The notes below the pieces were generated by a model. The model ran no database searches. It was not told the DNA's origin and saw only the letters and a program-made list of their open reading frames with translations. DNA of 64,000 nucleotides from an uncultured Chloroflexia bacterium (GTDB taxonomy: Bacteria > Chloroflexota > Ktedonobacteria > Ktedonobacterales > Ktedonobacteraceae), in the NCBI GenBank assembly GCA_963777355.1, contig CAVZQK010000020.1, positions 1 to 64,000 on the forward strand, read 5' to 3'. Shown here in pieces: positions 22,460 through 32,283 of this stretch (the stretch's first letter is position 1; each line of letters starts with the position of its first letter). The position numbers and the translations under genes are program-made.

Positions 22460-23152
22460 ATGGAGCGCAATGTTTTCACTCAGAAAGAGAGCATAGGTAA
22501 GGAGCACCTGGTCGTGAGTATATCTGTAGATATGGCGCGTCGAGTTATGGAGGCCTGCAAGCAACGTGCCAGAGAATTACGGAGCCCTGTCAGCATCGCC
22601 ATTGTCGATGCAGGTGGACATCTGGTTCTTTTTGAGCGCATGATGGCCCCCTACGGCTGGGCAACTGGCAATATTAGTATTGCCAAAGCGACGACAGCCG
22701 TGATGTTTAACCAATCTACCGATGCGGTTGCGCAATGGGGCTCAGGCATACCAGGATTTGCCTCTAGCCTGGCGGCAATGACCGAAGGGAAGTTTATCAT
22801 GGCCGCTGGCGGCTGGCCGATCCATATGGGCGGCACGACGGTAGGCGGCATTGGTGTCAGTGGCGGCAATGCGCCGGGACGCGATGATGAAATCGCTCAT
22901 GCTGGCCTGGCTCTCCTCGGAGGGATACCCCCTGCCTATGCAGCGCCAGCGGCTCAGCCGTTCAATACACCCGGAAATACTCCACCAACTCCACAGCCGA
23001 TGCAGCCTCCAGCGTCTTACCCAGGTGCAACGCCGATGCAGCAATCTGGCTATCATCCACAACTCCCCCACGAGGGAGAGTTGCATAATAGTAGTACCCG
23101 GCACCTGGCCCCTGACCAGGATAACTATGGTGCAGAAACATTGAATAAGTAG
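22460..23152 (+). CDS. GlcG/HbpS-like (DUF336) heme-binding-family protein with Pro-rich C-terminal tail
   Basis: 'SIAIVDAGGHLVLFERMMAPYGWATGNISIAKATTAV' DUF336 core; C-terminus 'PPTPQPMQPPASYPGATPMQ'. Confidence 0.6.
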   Translation: MERNVFTQKESIGKEHLVVSISVDMARRVMEACKQRARELRSPVSIAIVDAGGHLVLFERMMAPYGWATGNISIAKATTAVMFNQSTDAVAQWGSGIPGFASSLAAMTEGKFIMAAGGWPIHMGGTTVGGIGVSGGNAPGRDDEIAHAGLALLGGIPPAYAAPAAQPFNTPGNTPPTPQPMQPPASYPGATPMQQSGYHPQLPHEGELHNSSTRHLAPDQDNYGAETLNK

Positions 23153-23178
23153 CATGCAAAAAGCCCAGGAGGCATATC

Positions 23179-23976
23179 ATGAGTCAGGAGTATAACGCCA
23201 CTCCCACCAAACGAGCAAAAAGCACCGCACGTGCCCAGCGCAATCGACCCGTCCTGGTCACCGACAACGCCGCAGAGCCAGTCGCTGTTGAGACTCTACC
23301 GGTAGAAGAGACGCCCGCGCCTATCGCAGCTTCTGCCCCCAAACGGAGATTGCCCAATTTCTTTTCAACGGTTGGCAAGAGTGCTCAAGAGGAGAGCAAC
23401 GCTAGCAAGCCTGAAGTCGATCCAGCTCAAGCTCGCCTGGCACGCGCAACCCGCACCCCCAAAGGGAGCACACAAAACGTCAAAGCGGCCAGCGTCGTCA
23501 GTAAAGAGACCACTTCAGAAAAAACAAAAGAAGCGGCGAAACCCGCCACGAAGTCAACCGCACCAGCAAAACCTGCCAGCGCATTTAAAACCAGGCATAT
23601 CATCGGTATTGCTATTTATCTCCTGGCGGCAAACTTCTTAGGTCTATTTGAATCGTCATTTCTGCGCAGCATTCACGCTGATTCCTTGCTGACCAAGTTT
23701 AATCTCTTCGGCAACCAGGTCTCGGTCTATACATCCACCTTGCTTTTCCTGGCAACCCTGATTATTATCCTGGTTTTATTGGCGAAATTCGACTTTATTC
23801 CCCGTAGCTTCGGTGCCGCTGCTCAACCACGTAATACGGGCAAAAGCACAGCCAGCACCAGAGGCACAGATTCGGTCAAAACGCCACCAGCGACGATTTG
23901 TCCAGGCGTGAAGGGCAGCGACGATAAGTTGTACGAAGCCTACCGTATGAACCAGAGACGCGAAAAGAAACGCTAA
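23179..23976 (+). CDS. hypothetical membrane protein with Lys/Ala/Thr-rich N-terminus
   Basis: 265 aa; low-complexity basic N-terminal half, two predicted TM helices. Confidence 0.45.
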   Translation: MSQEYNATPTKRAKSTARAQRNRPVLVTDNAAEPVAVETLPVEETPAPIAASAPKRRLPNFFSTVGKSAQEESNASKPEVDPAQARLARATRTPKGSTQNVKAASVVSKETTSEKTKEAAKPATKSTAPAKPASAFKTRHIIGIAIYLLAANFLGLFESSFLRSIHADSLLTKFNLFGNQVSVYTSTLLFLATLIIILVLLAKFDFIPRSFGAAAQPRNTGKSTASTRGTDSVKTPPATICPGVKGSDDKLYEAYRMNQRREKKR

Positions 23977-23979
23977 ACA

Positions 23980-24026
23980 AGCAAAAAGAGCCATCTGGCA
24001 CTCTGTCCGATGGCTCTTTTCCTTTC
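23980..24026. terminator. bidirectional intrinsic terminator between convergent genes
   Basis: stem AGAGCCATC/GATGGCTCT with TTTTCCTTTC downstream on + strand and CTTTTTGCTTG downstream on - strand. Confidence 0.6.
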
Positions 24027-24035
24027 TACAAGCTT

Positions 24036-26619
24036 TTAGATGAATGGGCTTTGCCACAATTTCCTCTCGCCTGTTGAGGATTGAAACATGAGGATTGAAA
24101 CAATCTTGATCGGTGCTTCCCCAAGCCCTTGCACATGAATGCGCTGCTCATCATCAGGAAGCATATCCAGCATATTATCGCTCCAGCTCAGCTCTTTATC
24201 GGCTGAGAAAAAAACCCCTTTGGCTGGACGCTTCACACGCACGCGTAAGATATCTTCTTCGTTGCGCTCGACAGTCAGATCGGGATCTTTCAAAGGCAGA
24301 TATTTTAAGGGTTCAGGCCAGTATGCAGCTCTTGCAAGGACCTCGTCATTTACCGAGTAAACGCATCCCAAAAATGATCTGCTCTCCCTGCCGCCCACTA
24401 CCAAAGTGCCCCAGTTCTGTAGCCTGGTTGGGTAAGAGCTCAACACGACGCAGCTCCTCCGCGACCAGTTTCCCATCCACTGTCCACGCACGCAGCTCCA
24501 TCTCAAACTGACGAGGTACGGTCAAGCCGTTCACTGCCCACGCTGCTACCCCCTGCTCGTCTTTTGCGAGACCGGCAACCAGGGGCGCGAGCTCTCGTTT
24601 GACGACATAATAGGCCGGTTTGGCACGCAGATAGTAATCAACCAGCGCCCAACTTGTCACAGGCCAGCAGTCATTCAATTGCCAGATGAGTGCTCCCGCT
24701 ACATACTCTCGCCCCTCACCCGACCAGCGCCTCCGCCAGCCGCGTATACCCGCACCCATTGCCTCTGCCTGCAAAAGCTGGAGTAATATAGGTGTATCCC
24801 TCCAGATCAGCAGGCATGCGGAAGTTCTCTACGACATATGCGGCTAATCGCGACGGACCACCAGCGCTTTTATTGTGATGGTCTAGCGTCCGGCTCTGGG
24901 CATAGCGCTCCTCCTCTGGCGTAAAAGGATTTCATCGTCCTTTTGTCAGGAAAGCCTTCCATGCCAAATTCGCTGACGAATTGCCCGGCAAACTTCGGGT
25001 AATCCTGGTACGGGACCATGCCATGCCAGATGGTCCAGATATGCTGGTCGCCAATCGTCAGGTTATTGGCATCGCTATCCGTACCCCCAAAGGGGCTGCT
25101 CGGCCAGTAGGGGCGCGTAGGATCATAGGAGCCACAAACATCTGGCAACACTTCTTCATAAAGAGCACGTGCCGGAAAAGCACTGGTTGCGAAATCTCCA
25201 GTAAAATCTGGGATCGTAGACATTGACAGACCTGGCAAGCAAGTAGTCTTCGTTATTTCCCGCCCAGATGACAATTGAGGGATGATGGCGTAGCCGTCTC
25301 ACATTGGCTATAGCTTCGGCCCGCACACTCGTCTGCATCCACTGGGGCGCGGGATAAAGTCCACAAGCAAACATAAAATCTTGCCAGACGAGTAGCCCCA
25401 GTTCGTCGCAGAGATCATAAAATACGTCTTCTTCATAGTATCCACCACCCCAGACCCGCAACATTGTCATGTTGCCCTCTGCCGCTAGCTCTAGCCAGCG
25501 ACGATACTTTTCAGCGGTAACACGCGGCCCAAATGAATCGGCAGGAATCCAGTTCGCCCCTCCGCAAAAAATTGGTGTGTTGTTGATCTCAAAAAAGAAT
25601 GTTTTCCCCGGTTCATCTAGCAGGGGACGCTGGATAAGTTGCAAACGGCGCAATCCTAAGCGCAGCTCCTGTCCTGTAAGCTCTCTCTCCCCATTACGCA
25701 AACTTACGACCAGGCGGTATAATGCCTGCTCCCCATACCCACGCGGCCACCAGAGCTGCGGTTGCTGAAGCTCGAATGTATGGGATAACGACGCAAGACT
25801 GGCTGGCAATATCGCTCGATCAACCAGCTTACCATCAGGACTATATACTTCCAGGTGCAGCGAGAGGCCGCTGGTGTGAATCTCACCATCCAGCAGTACC
25901 TGTACCGGCAGGAGTGCGCTCTCCAGATCTTCTACAACCTCAACTGGACAGTGGACCTCTACGATACGAGCGGCATAGGCCTCCAACCGCACTCCACGCC
26001 AGATACCAGCAGTTATTAGCGTCGGACCCCAATCCCAGCCATAATGATACTGCGCTTTCCTCACATAGAGACGACTACTATCTCCATTCCAGCAAGGATA
26101 AGATTTACCGGCCTCAGCCTCGCGCGTCTTGCCCTGCTGCCAGGCTGAGGCAAAATTTATGGTCAGCTCATTTTCTCCTGGCCGCAAAAGCCCGGTTACC
26201 TGCACTTGATGCGGCAGAAACATGTTCTCGCTTATGAGAATCTGCTGCTCATTCAACCATACGGTTGCAAACGTATCCAACCCATCAAAACAAAGGAGGA
26301 TATGTTCATCCAGGGAGAGGAAATCTTCTGGCAGGGTGAACTGGCAGCGGTATAGCCAGTCCTGCTCACCAACCCATTGCACCTCTTGTTCTTGTAATCC
26401 ATAAAATGGCTCAGGAATAAGCTCATGAGCCAGCAGATCCAGGTGCACACACCCAGGCACGCTGGCAGAGCGCCAATTCTCAGAGAATGCCAGATCATCC
26501 TTCAGGGAAAGAGCTGGAGTACGCTGTTTAAATTGCCAATGCTCGCTAAGATGCAGAATTTTCATCAGTGTGAGTTCAACGCCTTTCGTTTTAACAGCCG
26601 TGCTCTCACAATATACCAT
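24036..26619 (-). pseudogene. GH2 beta-mannosidase, fragmented into at least 4 ORFs by frameshifts
   Basis: N-terminal fragment has GH2 sugar-binding/TIM-barrel motifs incl. 'QPQLWWPRGYGEQALYRL' (beta-mannosidase signature); successive C-terminal fragments in other frames; 14-bp perfect tandem duplication at 24075-24102 inside coding sequence. Confidence 0.7.
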
Positions 26620-26699
26620 TGTTTTGACGAAGCTCGCATCTCATCGTTCCCTATTACCAGCTAACACCGACTCCAACACATTGCCAGGGGCAAAAGGGT

Positions 26700-26833
26700 T
26701 CGCCCCACGCCTTCTTGCCTCTCCGACCAACCCCTTGTAGGGCAGATCGGCTTGCCCGTCTCCTGTTCGCCCCACGTCTTCTTGCCTCTCCGACCAACCC
26801 CCTGTAGGGCAGATCGGCTTGCCCGTCTCCTGT
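26700..26833. repeat. 67-bp tandem direct repeat x2 containing hairpin core GTAGGGCAGATCGGCTTGCCCGTCTCCTG (REP/MITE-like unit)
   Basis: two consecutive near-identical 67-bp units read directly. Confidence 0.8.
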
Positions 26834-27060
26834 TCACCGAGCGCTGCTCTCGCCCCACAACGGAAACGCGAAAGATATCTTTTGCCTCTCTTTCCCTCCT
26901 CACCCGAAAGAAAAGGGAGGGAGGGAGACCATTCATCTTTTAATTCATCCCTCTCCACTTCGCCCAGCGCTCCTCTCGCTTTTCAAAAAAGGGTCCAGGT
27001 AAGAGGGGGCGAGAGCAGCGCTCGGTGAACAGGAGACGGCCTAGCCGATCTACCCTACGG
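26822..27060. repeat. nested palindromic element: 26-bp inverted repeat TGTTCACCGAGCGCTGCTCTCGCCCC (26822-26847 / 27004-27033) flanking an internal GGGAGGGAGGGA hairpin, followed by a partial inverted copy of the REP-like core (27037-27060)
   Basis: read directly; lies in the 950-bp intergenic region between GH2 start and DAHP synthase. Confidence 0.7.
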
Positions 27061-27170
27061 AATTCTGTGGGGGACTGATGCTAGTATTGATCTCTGACAG
27101 TAAGCTTCGGATATACAGAGTATCTGCTAAGAGAGGCATTTTAGTAGCAAAAGTAACCGGTCATGGCCCC

Positions 27171-27199
27171 TTGACACATTTCTCATGCTCCGCTATACT
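27171..27199 (+). promoter_or_regulatory. sigma-70-type promoter: -35 TTGACA, 17-bp spacer, -10 TATACT
   Basis: consensus hexamers with optimal spacing, 70 nt upstream of leader-peptide ATG. Confidence 0.6.
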
Positions 27200-27272
27200 T
27201 TTTATAAGCAAGTAAAGAGTCGTCTGCTAAAAATAGTGTAGCCAGACGCTCCGGAAGAATTGAGAGATTTTT

Positions 27273-27335
27273 ATGCTCAGCCAATACAACAACACACAAT
27301 CTAGCTTTTATTATTGGTTTAGCCCTCCAGCATGA
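27273..27335 (+). CDS. candidate attenuation leader peptide MLSQYNNTQSSFYYWFSPPA (aromatic run F-Y-Y-W-F)
   Basis: 20-codon ORF whose 5 consecutive aromatic codons sit just upstream of a large hairpin (27325-27381) and an intrinsic terminator, immediately upstream of DAHP synthase. Confidence 0.6.
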   Translation: MLSQYNNTQSSFYYWFSPPA

Positions 27336-27383
27336 TGGTGGGCCCTTTGGGCTGAGAAAAAAATCCACCAGCATGCTGGAGAA

Positions 27384-27418
27384 GCAGAGGACGAAATGAC
27401 CTCTGCTTTTTTGTTTCT
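27384..27418 (+). terminator. intrinsic terminator (attenuator) upstream of DAHP synthase
   Basis: stem GCAGAGG/CCTCTGC followed by TTTTTTGTTTCTC. Confidence 0.6.
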
Positions 27419-27578
27419 CTGGAAATGTTCTCTGTTCATTTCAGGATCGCGGATTTCATGATGCAATTGCATCTCGATTTTATTGTCGGCATTGAAAAAC
27501 TCGCACTCTATCTAGTAGATCACGAGCGTTGCCAGGAGTGAGCGGGTTCAAGACACGTTCTATGAGAGGATACATCTG

Positions 27579-28646
27579 ATGATTATTACAATTCGTAGCC
27601 AGGCTAGCAGTGAAGAACGCGCACATCTAATGGCACTACTCTGCCGTATTACCGGTAGTAAGTCTCCCTTCACCACCACACAGACGCAGCAGCATGAGGT
27701 TATCGCCCTGGATGGTACACGCATCGATGCCGAAGCCCAGGCAGCGCTGAGCCAGCAAGATGCAGTTGAACATATTTTACAGCCCAAAACTTCCTACCAA
27801 CTGGTGAGCCGCGCTTTTCAGGCAGAAGATAGCCAGGTTGTTATTGGCGCAGGACGTGCCTGCTCTACAGCTACTGTAGGGGGCAAGTCCGCATCTCCAG
27901 TCATCATGGCAGGACCCTGCGCCGTTGAAAGCCGTGAACAATTGCTAGAGACTGCTCACGGCGTCGCTCAGGCGGGAGGACAGGTTCTGCGTGGGGGTGC
28001 TTTCAAACCTCGCACCTCTCCATACCAGTTCCAGGGCCTGGGCATTGAAGGATTGCATATGTTGGCAGATGCCCGTGAAGAGACCGGATTGCCGGTGATT
28101 ACGGAAGTCATGGAGCCAGGCATGGTCGAGACGGTGGCAGAATATGCCGACGTGTTGCAAATCGGCGCTCGCAATATGCAGAATTACCCCCTCTTGATAG
28201 CCGCTGGACGCCAACAACTCCCGATCCTGCTCAAACGTGGCCTCTCCTCAACTATCGAGGAATGGCTGCTTGCAGCAGAATACATTGTCGCCGCTGGCAA
28301 TCCTAATGTTATTCTCTGCGAACGGGGCATCCGCAGTTACGATCCTCAGACCCGCAACGTGCTTGACCTCAGTTGTGTCCCCCTCTTAAAAGAACTTACG
28401 CACCTGCCCATCATCGTTGATCCCAGCCACGCCACTGGACGCAGAGAGCTCGTCCCCATCATGTCACGGGCCAGCATTGCCGCCAACGCCGATGGCTTGA
28501 TTATCGAGGTCCATCCCGATCCCAATACAGCCCTCTGCGACGGCAAGCAATCGATTACACCTGCCCAGTTAGAGCGTATCATCCACGAGACACAGATGCT
28601 AACCCGTATGCTCAAGGGTGCGTTCAGCCTGGTCTCAGTCGCTTGA
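27579..28646 (+). CDS. aroG: 3-deoxy-D-arabino-heptulosonate 7-phosphate (DAHP) synthase, type I-beta (KDO8PS-like) with N-terminal regulatory domain
   Basis: '[19 protein letters not shown]', '[10 protein letters not shown]' core motifs of DAHPS/KDO8PS family; ~90-aa N-terminal extension like ferredoxin-like/ACT regulatory domains of Thermotoga-type DAHPS. Confidence 0.8.
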   Translation: MIITIRSQASSEERAHLMALLCRITGSKSPFTTTQTQQHEVIALDGTRIDAEAQAALSQQDAVEHILQPKTSYQLVSRAFQAEDSQVVIGAGRACSTATVGGKSASPVIMAGPCAVESREQLLETAHGVAQAGGQVLRGGAFKPRTSPYQFQGLGIEGLHMLADAREETGLPVITEVMEPGMVETVAEYADVLQIGARNMQNYPLLIAAGRQQLPILLKRGLSSTIEEWLLAAEYIVAAGNPNVILCERGIRSYDPQTRNVLDLSCVPLLKELTHLPIIVDPSHATGRRELVPIMSRASIAANADGLIIEVHPDPNTALCDGKQSITPAQLERIIHETQMLTRMLKGAFSLVSVA

Positions 28647-28972
28647 TATTACGGTCTCTCTCTTTGCAAAAGCGCCCGGTTCCTTCCCGTTCAATGCTGA
28701 ACTCTCGACTCACTGGAATGGTTATGATATACTCTCTGTACTAGGGGTAGATGTAGAACATTTCTGAGATGAGCGCGGTTTTTGCTGAAAATGCGCTGAT
28801 TGCAGACATGGTTTTGCGTGAAGATTTCATCTCTACGTCATTCAGGGTTTAGTCGTTCCGCTGAAAAACGGCTCCCTACTAGTTACTAGAGGGCGTTTCA
28901 AAACCAAGAGAGAAACGGCAATCCTCTCTCCGCCTGCCGGTGGGAGGCTTCTTGCCGTAGGATGGTGACATT

Positions 28973-29545
28973 ATGCCAACACGTGTGATTATTGCAGATG
29001 ATGAGACGATCCAGCGCATGGACTTACGCGATGTGCTGACGAAACAGGGATATCTGGTGATTGGCGAGGCCGGCGACGGTCTGAGCGCGGTCAACCTGGC
29101 ACGGGAGCTACGCCCTGATCTGGTAATTATGGATATTCGTATGCCCGATATGGATGGCATTGCCGCCGCCGAAACCCTTACACAGGAAAAAATTGCACCG
29201 GTGCTCTTGCTTACTGCTTTCGGCGATCAGCAACTCGTTGAACGTGCTAAAGAGGCAGGTGTGGTCAATTATATCGTCAAGCCGCTCCGTGAAAGCGAAG
29301 TTACACCTGCAATTGAAGTAGCCCTGGCTCGCTACAACGAGTTCCGTGCTCTGGAAGATAAAGCGCGTACGCTGACCGAGCAACTAGAGACACGAAAGAT
29401 TGTCGAACGCGCCAAAGGCTTGCTGATGCAGAAGCAGGGTCTTACCGAGCAGGAAGCGTTCCGCAAAATTCAGAAGGCAAGCATGAATAACCGCAAATCG
29501 ATGCGGGAAGTTGCTGAGGCCATCTTGCTGACAGACGAAATGTAG
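28973..29545 (+). CDS. response regulator with ANTAR RNA-binding output domain (PdtaR/AmiR-like)
   Basis: REC 'VIIADDE...LVIMDIRMPDMDG...VNYIVKP'; C-terminal 'LETRKIVERAKGLLMQKQGLTEQEAFRKIQKASMNNRKSMREVAEAIL' ANTAR motif. Confidence 0.8.
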   Translation: MPTRVIIADDETIQRMDLRDVLTKQGYLVIGEAGDGLSAVNLARELRPDLVIMDIRMPDMDGIAAAETLTQEKIAPVLLLTAFGDQQLVERAKEAGVVNYIVKPLRESEVTPAIEVALARYNEFRALEDKARTLTEQLETRKIVERAKGLLMQKQGLTEQEAFRKIQKASMNNRKSMREVAEAILLTDEM

Positions 29546-29618
29546 GCCGAAGAGAGAGGTATAGCAAAGGGGCTATCTCCTTTTCTTTCTTTAGGACTGA
29601 CTAGATAGGCAACCTACG

Positions 29619-30575
29619 ATGTCATTGGCGACGAGTTCTCAAAAAACACAGATAGTCGGCATTCGTTTCCGCCCGGCTGGCCGTATCTACTACTTTGATC
29701 CCCAGGGACAGAGCTTTAGCACGGGCCAGTATGTCGTTGTTGAAACTGTTCGGGGTGTCGAAGCCGGACGGGTAGTGGTGGCCTCAAAATGGGTAGCCCC
29801 GGAGGATCTCAGCGATCCCCTGAAGCCAATTCTGCGTCTGGCAACTGAAGATGAACTGCGCATGATGCTCTCTTTCAAAAATAAGGAGAGGGATGCGCTA
29901 GCTCGTTGTGCCGAACGCGTGAAACAGCATAATCTACCTATGAAACTCGTTGAATCTGAGTATACCTTTGATGGTAGCCGCCTGACGTTCTACTTTACCG
30001 CCGACGAACGCGTCGATTTTCGCTCCCTTGTACGCGACCTGGCCGCGACGTTCCGCACACGCATCGAGCTGAGACAGATCGGCGCTCGCGACCAGGCGAA
30101 ACTACAAGGTGGCGTTGGTCCCTGTGGCAAAACACTCTGTTGTAGTTCCTGGATCACTGATTTTGGTATTGTTTCCATTAAAATGGCCAAAGAACAAGGC
30201 CTCCCACTTAATCCATCTAAAATTTCTGGCGTCTGTGGACGTTTAATGTGTTGTCTCTCGTATGAAAATGATAATTATATTCAAGCGAAACAGCAAATGC
30301 CTCAGCTTGGCACCATGCTGAATACTCCCAGCGGCAGTGGCAAGGTCGTCTCTGTCAATGTGCCACAAAACTCTGTTGAAGTTATGCTGGATAGCGGCGT
30401 TACTATTCAAATTCCCGTCGAGCCTCCGGCTGATCAACAAAAAAGTGGCGGCTCCTGTGCCAGTGGTGGCTGCGGTTCTTGCGGCTCTCAAGGGGGCTGT
30501 GGTTCTCAAGGGGGCTGTGGCTCATGCGGAGTCAAAAAGAAAGTCCAAAAAAATGATCTACTCCCTGAAGCATAA
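29619..30575 (+). CDS. PSP1 C-terminal domain protein (YaaT/RicT-like) with Gly/Cys-rich tandem-repeat tail
   Basis: PSP1 domain similarity through 'GKTLCCSSWITDFGIVSIKMAKEQGLPLNPSKISGVCGRLMCCLSYE'; tail 'GGCGSCGSQGGCGSQGGCGSCG' from 18-bp tandem repeat. Confidence 0.7.
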   Translation: MSLATSSQKTQIVGIRFRPAGRIYYFDPQGQSFSTGQYVVVETVRGVEAGRVVVASKWVAPEDLSDPLKPILRLATEDELRMMLSFKNKERDALARCAERVKQHNLPMKLVESEYTFDGSRLTFYFTADERVDFRSLVRDLAATFRTRIELRQIGARDQAKLQGGVGPCGKTLCCSSWITDFGIVSIKMAKEQGLPLNPSKISGVCGRLMCCLSYENDNYIQAKQQMPQLGTMLNTPSGSGKVVSVNVPQNSVEVMLDSGVTIQIPVEPPADQQKSGGSCASGGCGSCGSQGGCGSQGGCGSCGVKKKVQKNDLLPEA

Positions 30576-30601
30576 TTTCCTGGTGCTGAGATGAGAGGAA
30601 G

Positions 30602-32125
30602 GTGTATATATCTATGTCGTCAGACGGGAAGGAACCGGGTGCCGTTTGGCAAGATCCAGGTCCAATCAATTCACAATGGCAAGTTGCTGAAGAGCCTATA
30701 GATCAATCCCAGGCAGTTGATCAGGATGAGTACCTCCAACAGTCTGATGATGAGGCGCAGGCTCACGCGTTCCATCCTAGCACACCAGTCCCTGGCGAAG
30801 ATGAACCAGTAGGAACGTCAGGACGTGGCCGTGCCAGAGGCGCTGTCTCTGACCTGATAAAGCAGCTTGGCCAATATACGACGTTTTTCTTTATTCCACT
30901 CCTCTTTTTTCTTGTTTTCTCATTGATTGTCTTACCACTAATTGCTGTAAAACAAACAAATCCAGTCTGGCCCTTTCTGATTATCTTTCTTGTCCTGGCC
31001 ATTGCTCAAGGTGCCACTTCCTATTATCTCGGATCGACTAATGGACTCTGGATGCTGGCCGCGATAGTGAGCTTTTGCGCCTTTCTCGTTGTGAGTTGCT
31101 TTGCTCTGGCTGGCCTTTTCCCCAGCCTACTTATGCTCCTGGTGCTGATTGGCCTCTGTCTCCTCCTTGCACGCTATTATGTGCATCCGGTCTCAGAGGG
31201 CTACGTAGATATTGTCTACGCGTTTGGCAAATATCGCCGCACCCTCTATCCAGGCTTTAATATCTTATTGCCAACAGAAAAGGCGGGACCGCATTTAAAT
31301 GTTGGTGAAACCCAGTGGATCTGTCCCACCCAGCGCGTTCAGCTTTCACACACCGAGGATGTCGTTTTGCGTGCGGCTCTCTCTTACCAGCTCGTCCCCG
31401 AAGATGCGTATATGGCTGTGACGCAGATCAACCAGTGGGAAGAGAGCTTGCGCGAACTCCTCAAGGCTTCTCTCCAGACCATTGCGACAACCTTTATGCC
31501 TGAAGATTTTGTGGCCTGGCCCCAGGGCCTGCTAGGCCAGGCTCAACAATCCTCTCCCAGTGACGGCGCTCATTGGGATCGCGTGAACGCCTATCTGTTT
31601 CAACATCTGCGGGACCGTGTCGCCCTCTGGGGCGTCCAGGTGAATTGGCTGAGAATCCGCGACGTCTCTCTCGTGCCACATGGCTCTGCCGTTATGGAGA
31701 CCGGCCCCATTCCCACCGCCGAGGCCATAGAAGAGCGTCCGCCACGTTCAAATATGAGGGGATCTCGTCCTGGTATACTAAAGGGACGCAATGGGGCTGA
31801 ACCCATCAGTAAACCCGAAGATACAACCCAGGCCGATATGCCATCACCCGTCAAGCTTCCTCCTGAAGAGGCGCTTATTAAAGCCTACAGAGAGGTACAG
31901 AGCGGCAATGTGACCGATCCAGAAACAATCCGCTCTATAGCCCAAAAATTTGCCTATATCGCTAGCAATCCAGAAAAAAGCGCCCATGTCAGCTTTGATG
32001 CGGAACGCGCCTCCGCCAATCTCTTCGAGCAAGCCAGAAAATATGAGGAGCAGTACGGCCCAGAGCCAATCTACGAAGATCAGACGAATCCCGAATGGCA
32101 TATACAGAAACACAATGTCCCGTAG
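30602..32125 (+). CDS. hypothetical polytopic membrane protein with C-terminal cytoplasmic domain
   Basis: 507 aa, acidic N-terminus, 4-5 TM helices; no confident motif. Confidence 0.45.
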   Translation: MYISMSSDGKEPGAVWQDPGPINSQWQVAEEPIDQSQAVDQDEYLQQSDDEAQAHAFHPSTPVPGEDEPVGTSGRGRARGAVSDLIKQLGQYTTFFFIPLLFFLVFSLIVLPLIAVKQTNPVWPFLIIFLVLAIAQGATSYYLGSTNGLWMLAAIVSFCAFLVVSCFALAGLFPSLLMLLVLIGLCLLLARYYVHPVSEGYVDIVYAFGKYRRTLYPGFNILLPTEKAGPHLNVGETQWICPTQRVQLSHTEDVVLRAALSYQLVPEDAYMAVTQINQWEESLRELLKASLQTIATTFMPEDFVAWPQGLLGQAQQSSPSDGAHWDRVNAYLFQHLRDRVALWGVQVNWLRIRDVSLVPHGSAVMETGPIPTAEAIEERPPRSNMRGSRPGILKGRNGAEPISKPEDTTQADMPSPVKLPPEEALIKAYREVQSGNVTDPETIRSIAQKFAYIASNPEKSAHVSFDAERASANLFEQARKYEEQYGPEPIYEDQTNPEWHIQKHNVP

Positions 32126-32165
32126 CAGTAAAAGTATCTTGCTCTAGCTCAAAATAGTTCAAAAA

Positions 32166-32200
32166 AGAAGCGGATCAAAGGAGACCGCTTCTTCTTCTTT
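32166..32200 (+). terminator. intrinsic terminator
   Basis: stem AGAAGCGG/CCGCTTCT followed by TCTTCTTTC. Confidence 0.5.
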
Positions 32201-32283
32201 CAACTATAGTGCGGTTTCTCTCCGCGATTTTTGCCTTCTTTTAAAGAAAAAAAGAAAGAGCCCCAGAAAAAGGAGCTGCGCCT

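Noticed and set aside
24066-24102. Motif GAGGATTGAAAC (CRISPR-repeat-like 3' end) occurring twice here and again at 50767-50778
   Set aside because: The two local copies are a 14-bp tandem duplication inside the GH2 coding sequence. The third lies in the first codons (MGSFNP) of the Rad52-like gene. There is no array of regularly spaced repeats and no cas genes other than the unrelated IscB.
26641-27028. Overlapping ORFs on both strands across the repeat region (e.g. 26641-26958, 26661-26936, 26819-27028)
   Set aside because: They coincide with the tandem and inverted REP-like repeats and merely reflect repeat periodicity. There are no RBS signals and the peptides are low-complexity.
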